Source of the DNA: Bacteroidales bacterium
GTDB taxonomy: Bacteria > Bacteroidota > Bacteroidia > Bacteroidales > VadinHA17
Direction: 5' to 3'
DNA: 64,000 bases
Assembly (NCBI GenBank): GCA_049512815.1
Contig: JBEKWS010000006.1
Span: 99,398 to 163,397, forward strand
The notes under the pieces are model-generated. The model had not been told where the DNA came from, made no database searches, and worked only from the letters and a program-made list of their open reading frames with translations. The position numbers and the translations under genes are program-made. This document shows, one piece after another, positions 1-12,274 of this stretch (the first letter of the stretch is position 1; each line of letters starts with the position of its first letter).

Positions 1-840
<840 letters not shown>

Positions 841-929
841 TCACTGGTTTAAAGGTTAATTAATCTAAAAATTAATAAATTGTGATTAAGTATATAAATT
901 AGTTGATCCTTATTAATACGTGTTTTTCA

Positions 930-1457
930 TTATCTCGTCAGCGTTGGATATTTAACTCCAGGATTATTTTCATATCCAGGTGGGGTATATATTACAAGTG
1001 GCCTGAAGCTTTTCATTGTTTTTGAATAGTAGTCACAATTTGTCATAGATCCATGTGGAACATCCTGCAAAGAATAGTAGATCATAGGTGTTTCTCCAGC
1101 AACATCCACCAGGCTGTTCTTAAACCTTTCGTTTGGAAAGTAGACCGGATCATTCGGGTCCATAACCTGAATGCCGTCAACCAGGAAACAATAGGGATAT
1201 ATGTCCGACTTTAGAGGTCCGAGTGTGATACTCCATAAGCCGGATTCATCTTTTGTCATCAGCTTTGGTTCTGTAATAAATTGTGAACTGAACTTCACAA
1301 TTTTAGCTTCAGGGGCCCGGAACCGGAATGTTACCATATTGTCCTTGCTGACTTCGGGCGACTTAATATTCTGCGGCATGGACTGACGTCCTGCCGGCTG
1401 TGAGGCACTGCTTAATGCAATCGCCAGCAGAATTGATGATAAAAATATCTTATACAT
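930..1457 (-). pseudogene. Truncated CE1 esterase paralog (signal peptide and Ig-like module only; alpha/beta-hydrolase domain missing)
   Basis: The 175-aa ORF aligns with the first ~170 aa of 1531..2655 (VTFRFRAPEAKIVKF, DIYPYCFLVDGIQV, VIYTPPGYENN). It stops at KYPTLTR, where the paralogs continue KYPVFYLLHG. No coding sequence follows in 838..929. Confidence 0.6.
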
Positions 1458-1530
1458 ATAAGGGTAAATGATTAATAATATTCCAGTCTAAATCAATAAT
1501 GTCGATAGATCTCTAAAAAGTTTTTCATAT

Positions 1531-2655
1531 TTACTTAAAAAGCAGCTGTGCCGTTTCATTGAGGTATTTCTTGCAGTTCATCCATGTATGGCCACCTGTT
1601 GTGATAAATGTCTGATGATTTATCTTTTTCTGGTCAAGTACCTGTAAATATTCCTGGAAAACGCCAAAAAGGCCGTCTTCTTTGCCGCATCCAAGCCAGA
1701 AGAGCTTTACCCTGCTGTTGGTAAGTTCGGGGTTGGCAAAAGCTACTGCGTTGTTTCTGTCGAACTCTTCCTTAAGCATTCCTGGAGCATATCCGAAAAC
1801 CCAGGCAAACAGATCAGGATTTCCCATCCCTAAATACAGAGAGGTACCTCCTCCTCCTGAAAAGCCGGCGATCGCCCTATTCTTACTTCCATTCATTACC
1901 CTGTAGTTTTTTTCAACAAATGGCAGAATATAGTTTTTGAAATCTTTCTGAAATTCCTGGAGATTCTCCCACGTCCTCAAAGAGCCTGACTCACGGCTTA
2001 TTACCGGGAATGCCCTTCCATATGGCATTACTATAATCATGGATTTAGCTTTTCCCTGGGCAATAAGATTGTCGAGAATTATATTGGCACGTCCGACTTT
2101 CGTCCATGTTTCTTCATTATCCGTGGTCCCGTGCAACAAATAAAAAACAGGATATTTTTCATTTACTGATTGTTCATATCCGGGTGGTGTGTAAATCACA
2201 ATGGGTCTGGTCCCCAGTTCTTTAGAATAATAGTGCCTGTAAGCAACTGTGCCATGAGGAACATTCTGAACAGTATAAACCTGTGGGGTTTCTGCAGGTA
2301 TCTCAATAAGGCTGTTTTTAAATCCCTCATTAGGGAAGATCCAGGGGTTTTTGGGATCAGCAACCTGGATCCCGTCAACCACAAAGCAATAGGGATAGAT
2401 ATCAGGATCAACCGGACCAAGAGTAATGCTCCATAGTCCTTTATCGTCCTTTGTCATTTCCTGCAGTCCGTTTATAAACTGCGTGCTTAATTTCACCTCC
2501 TTTGCATTGGGCGCAAAAAAACGAAATGTAACTTTCCTGTCTTTCTGAATATCAGGGGAAATAAAATTTTGCAGATTTGGCTGGCAGGATGTTTTTAATG
2601 GTACTGAAATCAATAATAAAAGGATCAGTAATTTTAATAAACTAGTTTTATTCAT
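1531..2655 (-). CDS. CE1-type carbohydrate esterase with N-terminal Ig-like module
   Basis: 374 aa with a signal peptide, an LLHGTTDNEETW motif and the nucleophile motif GFSGGG (G-x-S-x-G). It is a paralog of the other esterases in the window. Confidence 0.85.
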   Translation of the reverse strand: MNKTSLLKLLILLLLISVPLKTSCQPNLQNFISPDIQKDRKVTFRFFAPNAKEVKLSTQFINGLQEMTKDDKGLWSITLGPVDPDIYPYCFVVDGIQVADPKNPWIFPNEGFKNSLIEIPAETPQVYTVQNVPHGTVAYRHYYSKELGTRPIVIYTPPGYEQSVNEKYPVFYLLHGTTDNEETWTKVGRANIILDNLIAQGKAKSMIIVMPYGRAFPVISRESGSLRTWENLQEFQKDFKNYILPFVEKNYRVMNGSKNRAIAGFSGGGGTSLYLGMGNPDLFAWVFGYAPGMLKEEFDRNNAVAFANPELTNSRVKLFWLGCGKEDGLFGVFQEYLQVLDQKKINHQTFITTGGHTWMNCKKYLNETAQLLFK

Positions 2656-2713
2656 AATATATTCTTATTAAATTTAATTAATACACATTCTTATCAATAT
2701 CAAATATATTTTA

Positions 2714-4828
2714 TCAGTTTACATCGAACTCATATAATGTAATGCTGAGCGGATTAACTTTAAAGGTGCCTGGCGTATTTTCCGACCTGTCATTCACGAT
2801 AATGATTCTGGGTTGTTCACCAGGGCGGTTTGCAGCTCTTATTGATGGTGATTGGATCCAATAAGAATCATATCCGTCTTTCAAGGAAACAGCGCTAAAG
2901 CTGATATCAATCTCCTGATTGTCAAATGTTGGATTTATTATTGAGAAGGTCAGCTTCTTTCTGTCTGAGCTAAAAGCAGCCATAACATCAAGCGGATAGG
3001 TATCGCTTCCTGATGATTTCTCAGGTTTATCTACAAGAACCACTCCTTTTAATTCTTTCTGAGGTAAGTTTCCTGTTATTGTCAGGGGAATTGTTCCGAA
3101 GTGTTCGCGGTAAAGCTTAAAGAACAGACCAATTGAGCTGTAAACAACTTCATTTGCATTCCATGCAATATTTGAAGTGAAGCCAGTGAATCCGCTCATT
3201 GTATAAACATCCGTATTACGGAATATCTCATGCATAGTTTCAGCAACGACTAAGGTTCCATCAAATCCTCTGCCGCCAGATGACCACTCATCCAAAAAGT
3301 AGGTAATATTCTTTTCTTTCAATCCCGGGTAGATCTTCTGATATTCATGCATAGCTTCGGCAGCCCCTTTAATCCTGTTAGCGGTTTTACGGACGCGTTC
3401 AGGAAGAGAATCCTTCGCAGCTACAAATTTCTGCTGAATTGTATCGTAGGCATATCCGAAATAAGGATAGGCATGCTCCGCGATATAGTCCATATCGTTC
3501 AGGTTGTTAGAAAATAGTTGACCGTTCCAGTCTTCAAGTGAACCATATTTGTAAGGTACTTTATACTTAGGCAACAGTCTGTGATGCCTGTTTGTCGTAT
3601 TAATCTCATAAAGTGTTGCACCGCATGCCACAATTTTTATTGTCGGATCAACCTTACGCATAGCATCAGCAAACATCTTATGTTTGATAACATAATGATT
3701 TATATCCATATGTCCCACCTGCCACTGTCCATACATTTCATTTCCAATGCCCCATATTTTTACATTATACGGTTCGGGATGACCGTTTGCAGCCCTTATT
3801 TTACCCATTGATGTATCTTTCGAACCGTTGACATATTCAACCCATTGTGCTGCAGAGAACGCATCGCCAAGACCAATATTAACTACTATATAAGGGTCGA
3901 TACCCAGCAATTTGACCATTGTCATATATTCATCAGTGCCAACATCATTTGTTTCAATAGTAGGTATCCGGGAATAATCATAGCGTGGTGCTCTTTTATC
4001 GGGATCGCCGATACCATCACGCCAGTCATAACCAGCAAGGATATTGCCACCCGGCCAGCGATAGATGCCTGAATTCAAAGCTTTTAGTAGTGCTATAAGG
4101 TCTGACCTGAATCCCTGAACGTTATCAGAAGGCATAAGAGAAACTGCTCCTATTGAAAATGAACCCGTACCTATGCCTGTAATTTCGAACCTTGCTTTAT
4201 CAGTTGTTGTTCCTGCAGTAAAATTGAAAGGGTATTTCCTGAAATCTTTAGTCAGATGCGGGATAGCAACCGAAAGCTTCTCTCCGGGATTTGTTCCCCA
4301 GATGAGCGTTACATTAACCTTAGCACCAGGATTGCCGGCAAGGATTACACGACCAGTGTACTTTCGTCCATCACCAAGCCCTATGCCTGTTTGCTGTATG
4401 CCACGGACTTCGGATCTGTCGAGGACGACCCTGACTGACTGTTCTCCAACATAGGGATTTTCTTTATCCATGATTATTACTTGATCATGGCCAATGGGTC
4501 TCCATCGGTTAAAACCACCTCTTTGTCTTATTCTTGTGGTATCACTGTTAACAGGTAAGAAAAATTTTCTGTCGCTAAGCATTTCTGCCCAGACACCTTT
4601 ATCAAACATATTTCCCAGGAGTTCAGTGAACATACCATAGGCATAGCGATGAATGGGCGTGCCTGTCTTGTCAGCATGAACCACAGCTACAATTTTTTCA
4701 GATGATTTATTTATTGTGGCTTCCTGATTATTGCATGAATATCCTGCAAATAATATAAGTATTATAAATATTTTTTGAGATTTTATTCCGGCAAAGTTCT
4801 TTCTTGATTTCTTTTTCATCTCTCTCAA
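2714..4828 (-). CDS. GH51-like alpha-L-arabinofuranosidase with N-terminal CBM-like domain (lipoprotein)
   Basis: The lipobox region is LILFAGYSC. IWGIGNEMYGQWQVGHM matches the GH51 acid/base region and YFLDEWSSGG matches the nucleophile-region DEW. Confidence 0.8.
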   Translation of the reverse strand: MREMKKKSRKNFAGIKSQKIFIILILFAGYSCNNQEATINKSSEKIVAVVHADKTGTPIHRYAYGMFTELLGNMFDKGVWAEMLSDRKFFLPVNSDTTRIRQRGGFNRWRPIGHDQVIIMDKENPYVGEQSVRVVLDRSEVRGIQQTGIGLGDGRKYTGRVILAGNPGAKVNVTLIWGTNPGEKLSVAIPHLTKDFRKYPFNFTAGTTTDKARFEITGIGTGSFSIGAVSLMPSDNVQGFRSDLIALLKALNSGIYRWPGGNILAGYDWRDGIGDPDKRAPRYDYSRIPTIETNDVGTDEYMTMVKLLGIDPYIVVNIGLGDAFSAAQWVEYVNGSKDTSMGKIRAANGHPEPYNVKIWGIGNEMYGQWQVGHMDINHYVIKHKMFADAMRKVDPTIKIVACGATLYEINTTNRHHRLLPKYKVPYKYGSLEDWNGQLFSNNLNDMDYIAEHAYPYFGYAYDTIQQKFVAAKDSLPERVRKTANRIKGAAEAMHEYQKIYPGLKEKNITYFLDEWSSGGRGFDGTLVVAETMHEIFRNTDVYTMSGFTGFTSNIAWNANEVVYSSIGLFFKLYREHFGTIPLTITGNLPQKELKGVVLVDKPEKSSGSDTYPLDVMAAFSSDRKKLTFSIINPTFDNQEIDISFSAVSLKDGYDSYWIQSPSIRAANRPGEQPRIIIVNDRSENTPGTFKVNPLSITLYEFDVN

Positions 4829-4988
4829 TTTTAATGCAGAAACATAAATAGAATAAATTTCCTTTAAACTATTTTCTGATTTAATGCCTTACTTCTGAAT
4901 TTTCAGAAATATTTGATTACTTTCAAAAAACTACAGATAGTAAAAAACTATAAATAACCGTTTATAAATAATTCAGATTATTAATCCT

Positions 4989-7100
4989 TCAATCTATATC
5001 CATTACGAATAAAGTAATACTAAGGGGAGATACTTTAAAAGTCCTGGGTACAGTTTGCAACCTGCTGCTCACTACAGTGATTTCTGGCTGTTGCCCTGGG
5101 CGATTACCTGCCCTTAACGACGGAGCGTGGATCTGATATGATTCACATCCTTCTTTGAGGGCAACACCATTGAAACTGATATCAATTTCCTGGTCAGCAA
5201 AGGTTGGGTTTATAATTGAGAGAGTCAGTTTCTTTCTGTCAGCAGTAAGTGCGGCCATTACATCCAGAGGATATGTATCATTGCCAGAAGATACAGTTGG
5301 CTTATCGACAAGAACAGTACCTTTTACTTCTTTCTGAGGTGTGTTACCGGTTATGGTCAACGGAAGTGTTCCGAAATGCTGACGATACAGCTTAAAAAAC
5401 AGGCCAATAGGGCTAAAAACTGCAAAATTAGCATTCCATGCAATATTTGAGGAAAAGGCTGTATAACCACCCATTGTAATGACGTCTGTATTACGGAACA
5501 TTTCATGCATACCTTCAGCGGCATCCAGTGTGCTCTCTACGCCACCACTGAATGCTCCTGTCCACTCATCAATAAAGAAGGTTATATTCTTCTCTTTCAG
5601 TTTAGGCATACGTTTTACATATTCATGCATAGCCTCTGCAGCTCCTTTGATCCTGTTTGGAACCCTGCGGACACGTTCAGCTAGTGAATCCTTAACCGGA
5701 ACAAACTTCTGGAGATTAGTATCATATGCTGCACCCACTTCAGGATAAACATGCTCAGCCAGATAATCAAAATAGTTGGAGTCTTCTTCAAGTAACTTTC
5801 CGGACCAGTCTTCTAATGAACCATACTGATATGGAACTTTCTCAACTGGTTTAAGTCTGTGATGCCTGTTGGTTGAATTAATTTCGAACACTGTAGCACC
5901 CGAAGCTACAATCTTGATTGATGGATCAACCTTACGCATTGCGTCAGCAAACATTCTGTGTTTGATAACATACTGATCAATACTCATATGTCCCAGCTGC
6001 CATTGTCCATACACTTCATTTCCTATACCCCAAATTTTCACATTATAAGGTTCCGGGTGACCATTTGCTGCCCTTAATTTCCCCATCGGAGAGTCTTTTG
6101 ATCCATTGGCATATTCAACCCATTGAGCAGCAGACCTGGCTTCCCCAAAACCAATATTGACAACTATGTATGGATCTAATTTCAGCAAATCACATAACAC
6201 CAGATATTCGTCGGTTCCAACATCATTTGTTTCAGTAGTGTTCCATGCGTAGTCATAGCGCGTCGGTCTCTTGTCTCTGTCTCCAACACCATCTCGCCAA
6301 TCGTATCCAGCAACAAAGTTACCTCCTGGCCATCGATAAATCTTTGAATCAAGTTGTTTTAGTAAATTGATAATGTCCGCCCTGTATCCTTTGATATTGT
6401 CAGCAGGCATAAGCGATGCAGCACCAATTGAAAAGGTGCCCTTTCCTGTTCCTGTAATTTCAAAGCGACCTTTCTCAGTTGTTCCTCCAGCAGTAAATTT
6501 CAAAGGGTATTTTTTGAAGTTTTTAGTAAGCGACTGCAAAGTCACGGACTGTTTGTCCTGAGGATTTGTTCCCCAGACAAGATTAACGGTTACCCTTACC
6601 CCCGGATCTCCAGAAAGAAATAGATAGCCTGTATAGTCTCGGTTAGCAGCAACTCCTACTCCATTCTGTTTGATACCGTGAGCTGTTGATGGGTCAAGGT
6701 TAACTTTTACAGATTGTTCTCCTACAAAAGGGTTTCCCTTATCCATGATTATTACTTCATCCGGTCCTACAGGCCTCCAGCGTTGAAAAAAAGGTTTTGT
6801 GTTTTTTGGAATAAGTGAATCACTTGAATTGACAGGATAGAAGAATTTACGGTCGCTTAGCATTTCGGACCAGATACCTTTTTCAAACATATTGAACAGG
6901 AGTTCAGTGAACATACCATAGGTATATGGATGAATCGGCGTGCCTACCTGATCTGCATGAACTACAGCAACTGGTTTTACTGATACTAGTTGCTCAGTTG
7001 TGTTTAGATTCTTACAAGAATGCACTGATATCAGTATAATCGCTAATATGATAGCAGCAGAACACATTTTTATGTTAAATATTCTTAAATACTTTTTCAT
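4989..7100 (-). CDS. GH51-like alpha-L-arabinofuranosidase, tandem paralog
   Basis: The ORF runs to 7154, but the likely start is the internal MKKYLRIF at 7100, followed by the lipobox-like ILISVHSC. IWGIGNEVYGQWQLGHM and FFIDEWTG are present. By eye it is similar along its whole length to 2714..4828. Confidence 0.8.
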   Translation of the reverse strand: MKKYLRIFNIKMCSAAIILAIILISVHSCKNLNTTEQLVSVKPVAVVHADQVGTPIHPYTYGMFTELLFNMFEKGIWSEMLSDRKFFYPVNSSDSLIPKNTKPFFQRWRPVGPDEVIIMDKGNPFVGEQSVKVNLDPSTAHGIKQNGVGVAANRDYTGYLFLSGDPGVRVTVNLVWGTNPQDKQSVTLQSLTKNFKKYPLKFTAGGTTEKGRFEITGTGKGTFSIGAASLMPADNIKGYRADIINLLKQLDSKIYRWPGGNFVAGYDWRDGVGDRDKRPTRYDYAWNTTETNDVGTDEYLVLCDLLKLDPYIVVNIGFGEARSAAQWVEYANGSKDSPMGKLRAANGHPEPYNVKIWGIGNEVYGQWQLGHMSIDQYVIKHRMFADAMRKVDPSIKIVASGATVFEINSTNRHHRLKPVEKVPYQYGSLEDWSGKLLEEDSNYFDYLAEHVYPEVGAAYDTNLQKFVPVKDSLAERVRRVPNRIKGAAEAMHEYVKRMPKLKEKNITFFIDEWTGAFSGGVESTLDAAEGMHEMFRNTDVITMGGYTAFSSNIAWNANFAVFSPIGLFFKLYRQHFGTLPLTITGNTPQKEVKGTVLVDKPTVSSGNDTYPLDVMAALTADRKKLTLSIINPTFADQEIDISFNGVALKEGCESYQIHAPSLRAGNRPGQQPEITVVSSRLQTVPRTFKVSPLSITLFVMDID

Positions 7101-7264
7101 ATATTTTGAAATTAAAGAAATTGAATCGTATTGAAATAACGATATGCCCCCCATGGGGCTTATCGGAGTAAAATCTGAATGCTAAATTGTTATTATTATT
7201 GTATTACGCCTGTTTTTTAGAATAAATTCTTTAACTATCATACTCTCAAACTATTAAATAGTTT

Positions 7265-8848
7265 TTAATAGCCATAATTCTGAGTAAGGTTCGGGTTATT
7301 ATCTACTTCTAACTGTGGTATTGGGAGTCTTTCTGACTTACCATTCACAAAATTGTTGAAATCAGGATCACGAACCAGAAGTGCGGCCCATTCAGTAGGG
7401 TCATTCCAAGGTTTCCAACGTTTCAGATCGATCCATCTTACAGTTTCACCGCATAGCTCAAGAGATCTCTCAACCTTAAGTCTATTGAGAAAAAGAGTTT
7501 TGTCTGTACAAACATTAGCGTAAATACTGCTTTCGAGAGGAAGAAGGTTTACTTCTTTACGTTGTCTAACCCTGTTGACACACTGGATTGCCAATGCAGG
7601 GGGTGTTGTATTAAGCTGAGCTAAACACTCTGCATAACATAAAAGTACATCGGCATATCTTATAGTTCTGTAATTGATAGGTGAATAGTTATTTTCATAA
7701 GTTCTCCAATAGTCATTCTGATATTTTCTCCAGTAGTTTGAAGTAACAGTATTTGAGCCCCACTTTAGAACAGACCAGTCTTGTCCATAGATTTTTTCAC
7801 CCGGGAAATCTGTTTGAAGATTGGGATAGAAAAAATTGTCTCTCAATCTTATATCAAGACCTCCTGTAGCATTTGGTTCCTTATAATATTCGTCAAGGAT
7901 CCATCTTCTGGGCTGAGCATCGCACCATCCAATTCCTTTTATGCCAAAGTACTGAGCTCTTGCGCAACCTACATTTGAACTGGGAATGTCGTTAGAGATA
8001 CCATAAAGACCTGCAAAAACCTGGTTAACATCTGAAAATTGAATTTCAAAAACAGACTCCTTGTTGTTTTCTGTTGTGTGCTTGAAATTATCCCTGTAAT
8101 TATCCATTAAACCATAATTTATTGCACCATCACCTTCAATAAGCCAGTAGAATGCATCTTTTGCAGCCTGCCAGTTACCCATTTGCATATTTACTTTACC
8201 AAGATAAGCAAGAGCCGCTCCTTTTGTAGCACGACCTAAATCTGTACTTGCCCTGGTTGCCGGTAAATCAGCAGCAGCCTCAGTGAAATCTTCTATGCAC
8301 TGGGTAAAGACCTCTGTAAGAGTATTTTGTTTTGGAGCATCACCAGCATTCGAAGGATTAAGAACCAGAGGGACGTTTTCATAGAGGATTGCAAGGTAAA
8401 AGTAATAGAAACCTCTCAGAAATTTTGCCTGAGCTATTATATCTTTCTTCTTGCTTTCGTCAGTGAAGGTAATATTCGGAACGTTGGCAATAACCAGATT
8501 TGCACGCAAAATGGCTTTGTAATGATACTTCCATATTTGACTATTTTCGTTATAGTCATTATAGTCGCTATAAATAAAACGGGTATATTCTGCCAGATCG
8601 AGTGCGGGACTATTACTCCAGCCTTCATCCGAAGTCAGGTCATTACGAAAAAACATGTTTAATTGCCATGTACCACCTGCATAGAATGCGTGATAAACGG
8701 CATTCAGCCCCAGTGTTGCATCATTTTCTGTTTTCCAGAAGACCTGAGAAGTAGGTGTGTTGGGATTTGCCACATCGAGTAAATCTTTACTGCAGGAATA
8801 AAGAAAGCCTACTATTATGAATAATGTTAGTTTAAGTAGTTTTTTCAT
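7265..8848 (-). CDS. susD: SusD/RagB-family nutrient-binding outer-membrane lipoprotein
   Basis: 527 aa with lipobox FLYSC. It sits immediately downstream of a SusC-like gene and has typical SusD length and TPR-like composition. Confidence 0.9.
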   Translation of the reverse strand: MKKLLKLTLFIIVGFLYSCSKDLLDVANPNTPTSQVFWKTENDATLGLNAVYHAFYAGGTWQLNMFFRNDLTSDEGWSNSPALDLAEYTRFIYSDYNDYNENSQIWKYHYKAILRANLVIANVPNITFTDESKKKDIIAQAKFLRGFYYFYLAILYENVPLVLNPSNAGDAPKQNTLTEVFTQCIEDFTEAAADLPATRASTDLGRATKGAALAYLGKVNMQMGNWQAAKDAFYWLIEGDGAINYGLMDNYRDNFKHTTENNKESVFEIQFSDVNQVFAGLYGISNDIPSSNVGCARAQYFGIKGIGWCDAQPRRWILDEYYKEPNATGGLDIRLRDNFFYPNLQTDFPGEKIYGQDWSVLKWGSNTVTSNYWRKYQNDYWRTYENNYSPINYRTIRYADVLLCYAECLAQLNTTPPALAIQCVNRVRQRKEVNLLPLESSIYANVCTDKTLFLNRLKVERSLELCGETVRWIDLKRWKPWNDPTEWAALLVRDPDFNNFVNGKSERLPIPQLEVDNNPNLTQNYGY

Positions 8849-8859
8849 ATTTCATATTA

Positions 8860-11800
8860 TTAGAAAGTAACATTTACTGAGAATATTATTGTCTTGGGAT
8901 TTGGATAGGCATAGTTGTCAAGCCCTTTTTCCCAGATACTTGATCCGATAAAGTCAGGGTCCAAACCTTTATATTTGGTTAAGACTAAAAGATTCTGTCC
9001 AGTCACTGAAACACGCAGGCCATCGAAATTACTAAAGAACTTAAGTGATTTCAGGTTATAGCCAAGAGTTATCTGGCTGAGCTTATAAAATGATGCCTTT
9101 TCCAACCATCTGGTCTGATCGTACCTTCCATTCCTGGTATCTCCGTAAAGAGGCCTGGGGTTAGCAGAACTGGTGTTCGTAGGTGTCCAGTAGTCATATC
9201 CCTTTCGGGCAGCCATTTCATCCATTAACTGATCAGTTATGTAAAATAAACTATTAAATGCATCCTGTCCAAAAGAGCCATACGTGTTCATTGAGAGATC
9301 AAAATTCTTATATTCGGCATTAAGGTTAACACCAAGTTCAAACTTTGGCCAGGGGTTACCACAGATTACTCGGTCGGTACTTGTTATCTGACCATCATCA
9401 TTGGCGTCAATATATTTTTCATCCCCGGGTTTTGCGTTTGGCTGTATTACTACGCCTTTTGAATTTTTCCATGAATTTATTTCATCCTGGGTCTGGAAAA
9501 TTCCGGCCTCTTGAACCAGGTAAAACATTCCAAGAGGCTTTTCGATCTCAGTTATTGTCGTTGTAGTATAATAAGTTGTCTTGCCGTAACCGAAATCTAA
9601 AACCTTATTCCTAAGACGGGTATAGTTAACGGTAGCAGAATATTTGAAGTCTCCTACATTTTCTTTCCATGTTGCCGTCAATTCAATGCCCCTGTTTTCA
9701 AGGCTGGCAGCATTTACATAAGGGCTCCCTCCGTCATTACCGGTGCTATAGAGAATTGGAAGAGCAGTAAGAACATCCTTGGTGGTAGAGATAAAGTAAT
9801 CACCTGAAAGTTGCAGTCTGCTTTTGAGAACTGCTAAGTCAAATCCGAAGTTTTTCTGAATTTTTGTCTCCCAGTGAATATCTGAATTCACGAGTTTTAC
9901 TACGGTCATTCCGGTTTCAGTATGTTGATCAGATCCAAACACTGCAATAGGGAACGTATTAAGTGTGGATACATAATCCCAATAACCAATATTTGCATTA
10001 CCAAGCGTTCCATAGTTGGCTCTCAGTTTAAGGTCGTTAATCCAGCCTACATGGAAGAACTTTTCATTGCTCAACCTCCATCCAACTGAGATTGATGGGA
10101 AATTATCCCATTCGTTAGCCTTAGAAAATCTTGATGATCCATCACGTCTCAGAGTTAAACTTAAAAGGTACCTGTTATCATAAGAATAGTTTAGCCTTCC
10201 CAGATAAGATATAAGTACAGCTTCGCCAATAGACCCTTGAACTGTTGCGTTAGTAGTAATATTATTCAGCGTTGTATAATAATAATCCCCGATTTTTACA
10301 AGATTTTTACCTGCGGCAGTGATAATCTCATTATAATCATTCTGATAAGTAGTACCTATAATAGCATCAATATTATGCTTTCCGAATGTTCCTTTATAAT
10401 TCAGGGTGTTTTCCAGCAAAGTTGTAATTGCATTTGATTTCGATTCGGTTACTGAAGAAGCTTCAGAAGGTTGGTTAAGTTGTGTTAAACCTGATTTTAC
10501 TAAAGCTTTATAATTATTTGTGTTTGCTTCAAGACCGGCATTTAACCTGTAGGTCAGCGATTTCAAAATTTTCACATCAGTGTATACATTACCCAGGATC
10601 CTCATGTTTTTATTTGTTGATGGATGCAGATCCTCATCGCCTATAGGGTTACGGCCAAAAGAGCGGGTTGAAGTTTCCCGTCCATAACCATAACCACCAG
10701 GTTGATGTGTAGAATCACGTACAGCAATTGTTGGGATCATCCTGTAAGCATTGTAGATAGTAGCGCCATCATTTTCATTAATAAAGGTATTACTAACTAC
10801 AAGATTTTCTCCGATCTTAAAGATACCTTTTATACCTTCAGTATTAACCCTGAAATTCATACGGTTCATACTCTGTCCGTGAGCAGTTCCTGAATCATCC
10901 AGGTAATTCATAGAAACAAGATAATTGCCACCTGTGTTTCCTCCTGAGAGAGTTAAGTTATAATCCTGTAAAACTCCTGTATGAAAAACCTCCTTCAGCC
11001 AGTCGGTATCAATACCTGCCGGATGCTGTTGTCTCTGAGTCACTCCTGATATTCCATCAGCTATAGCATTATCGTAAGCCGCGTCATATAGCTTAATCCA
11101 TTCATCTCTACGTGCCTGAGCAATTAATGGCAGTTCCTGAAGACTTACCTTGCTTGAGAAATCTATCTTCATCGCCCCGCTCGAACCTTTTTTTGTGGTT
11201 ATAATGATCACCCCGTTTGCTGCTCTTGAACCATAAATGGCTGCTGCGGACGCATCCTTCAGGATCTGAATTGATTCAATGTCATAAGCGTTAAAGTCCC
11301 TGGTGGCTGTGGTGGGCACGCCATCAATTACATAAAGTGGAGTCTGAAGCGAGAAGGATCCAATCCCCCTGATTTCAATGCTCGGTTCACTACCTATAGC
11401 TCCTGAGTTTCTTACAAATACACCGGAGGCAAGTCCCTGTAAAGCTTTACCGACTGAAATGACTGGAGCGTTCTTTAGTTCATCAGATTTAATAACAGAT
11501 ACTGCACCTGTAAGGTCAGCTTTCTTTGTTGTACCGTAACCAATAACTACTACCTCTTCAAGTCCAATATTTGCTTCTGCCATTACGATATCCAGCTTTG
11601 ACTTCCCATTTAATGGAATTTCCTGCGTCGTCATTCCAAGAAAAGAAAATACAATGGTAGCGTCTTTTGGTACATTCTTCAAGGTGTAGTTTCCTGCATC
11701 ATCTGTAATAGTACCAGTGGTGGCTCCCTTTACAGCCACTGTAACACCGGCCACAGATGAACCATTTGCGCCGGTCACTTTGCCATCTACTTGCTGAATG

Positions 11801-11925
11801 TTCTGAGCATTAAGAATTAATGAACTCATTAATATTACAAATAGAAAAGCAAATCTCTTAAAAGAAAGATAAGACATTCTTAAAATGCCTGGTTTCTTCC
11901 TAACATAAACACTCTTCATTTTCAT
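8860..11925 (-). CDS. susC: SusC/RagA-family TonB-dependent outer-membrane transporter
   Basis: 1021 aa. It has a CarboxypepD_reg-like N-terminus (GKVTGANGSSVAGVTVAVKGATTGTITDDAGNYTL), a plug region and a C-terminal aromatic residue (NVTF). The true start may be the internal MSYLSF at about 11877. Confidence 0.9.
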   Translation of the reverse strand: MKMKSVYVRKKPGILRMSYLSFKRFAFLFVILMSSLILNAQNIQQVDGKVTGANGSSVAGVTVAVKGATTGTITDDAGNYTLKNVPKDATIVFSFLGMTTQEIPLNGKSKLDIVMAEANIGLEEVVVIGYGTTKKADLTGAVSVIKSDELKNAPVISVGKALQGLASGVFVRNSGAIGSEPSIEIRGIGSFSLQTPLYVIDGVPTTATRDFNAYDIESIQILKDASAAAIYGSRAANGVIIITTKKGSSGAMKIDFSSKVSLQELPLIAQARRDEWIKLYDAAYDNAIADGISGVTQRQQHPAGIDTDWLKEVFHTGVLQDYNLTLSGGNTGGNYLVSMNYLDDSGTAHGQSMNRMNFRVNTEGIKGIFKIGENLVVSNTFINENDGATIYNAYRMIPTIAVRDSTHQPGGYGYGRETSTRSFGRNPIGDEDLHPSTNKNMRILGNVYTDVKILKSLTYRLNAGLEANTNNYKALVKSGLTQLNQPSEASSVTESKSNAITTLLENTLNYKGTFGKHNIDAIIGTTYQNDYNEIITAAGKNLVKIGDYYYTTLNNITTNATVQGSIGEAVLISYLGRLNYSYDNRYLLSLTLRRDGSSRFSKANEWDNFPSISVGWRLSNEKFFHVGWINDLKLRANYGTLGNANIGYWDYVSTLNTFPIAVFGSDQHTETGMTVVKLVNSDIHWETKIQKNFGFDLAVLKSRLQLSGDYFISTTKDVLTALPILYSTGNDGGSPYVNAASLENRGIELTATWKENVGDFKYSATVNYTRLRNKVLDFGYGKTTYYTTTTITEIEKPLGMFYLVQEAGIFQTQDEINSWKNSKGVVIQPNAKPGDEKYIDANDDGQITSTDRVICGNPWPKFELGVNLNAEYKNFDLSMNTYGSFGQDAFNSLFYITDQLMDEMAARKGYDYWTPTNTSSANPRPLYGDTRNGRYDQTRWLEKASFYKLSQITLGYNLKSLKFFSNFDGLRVSVTGQNLLVLTKYKGLDPDFIGSSIWEKGLDNYAYPNPKTIIFSVNVTF

Positions 11926-12274
11926 AGATTTGATTTAAAGGTTTAAAAACATTTAATTTTGTGTATTTTTACACTTTTGGATTTTATTATTTTCAAATTC
12001 TCTATTGGTTTATTTCTTCTTTTTTTTAATATGAAACTTGATTTGCAGGTTATTACTAAATACTTACTATAAACAATCTCAGTATAAAATTATGAACTAT
12101 GGCCGATGCTATTAATAATTATCAATCAATTGCTTTTAAATATCGATTAGAAACAGACAGATTTCAGGCTTTTTATCCGAATTGAACGAAAATTAAAAGT
12201 ATTGACTAAATTATAAACTGTTTTTTGTTATGCATTTTAATAATTTGGAAAAATAAAAGTTTCCAATAAATGAT

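Noticed and set aside
4893-4908. Palindrome TTCTGAA-TT-TTCAGAA between the two GH51 genes
   Set aside because: The stem is short, the loop is only 2 nt and there is no T-run on the transcribed (minus) strand. It is probably chance or at most a weak attenuator.
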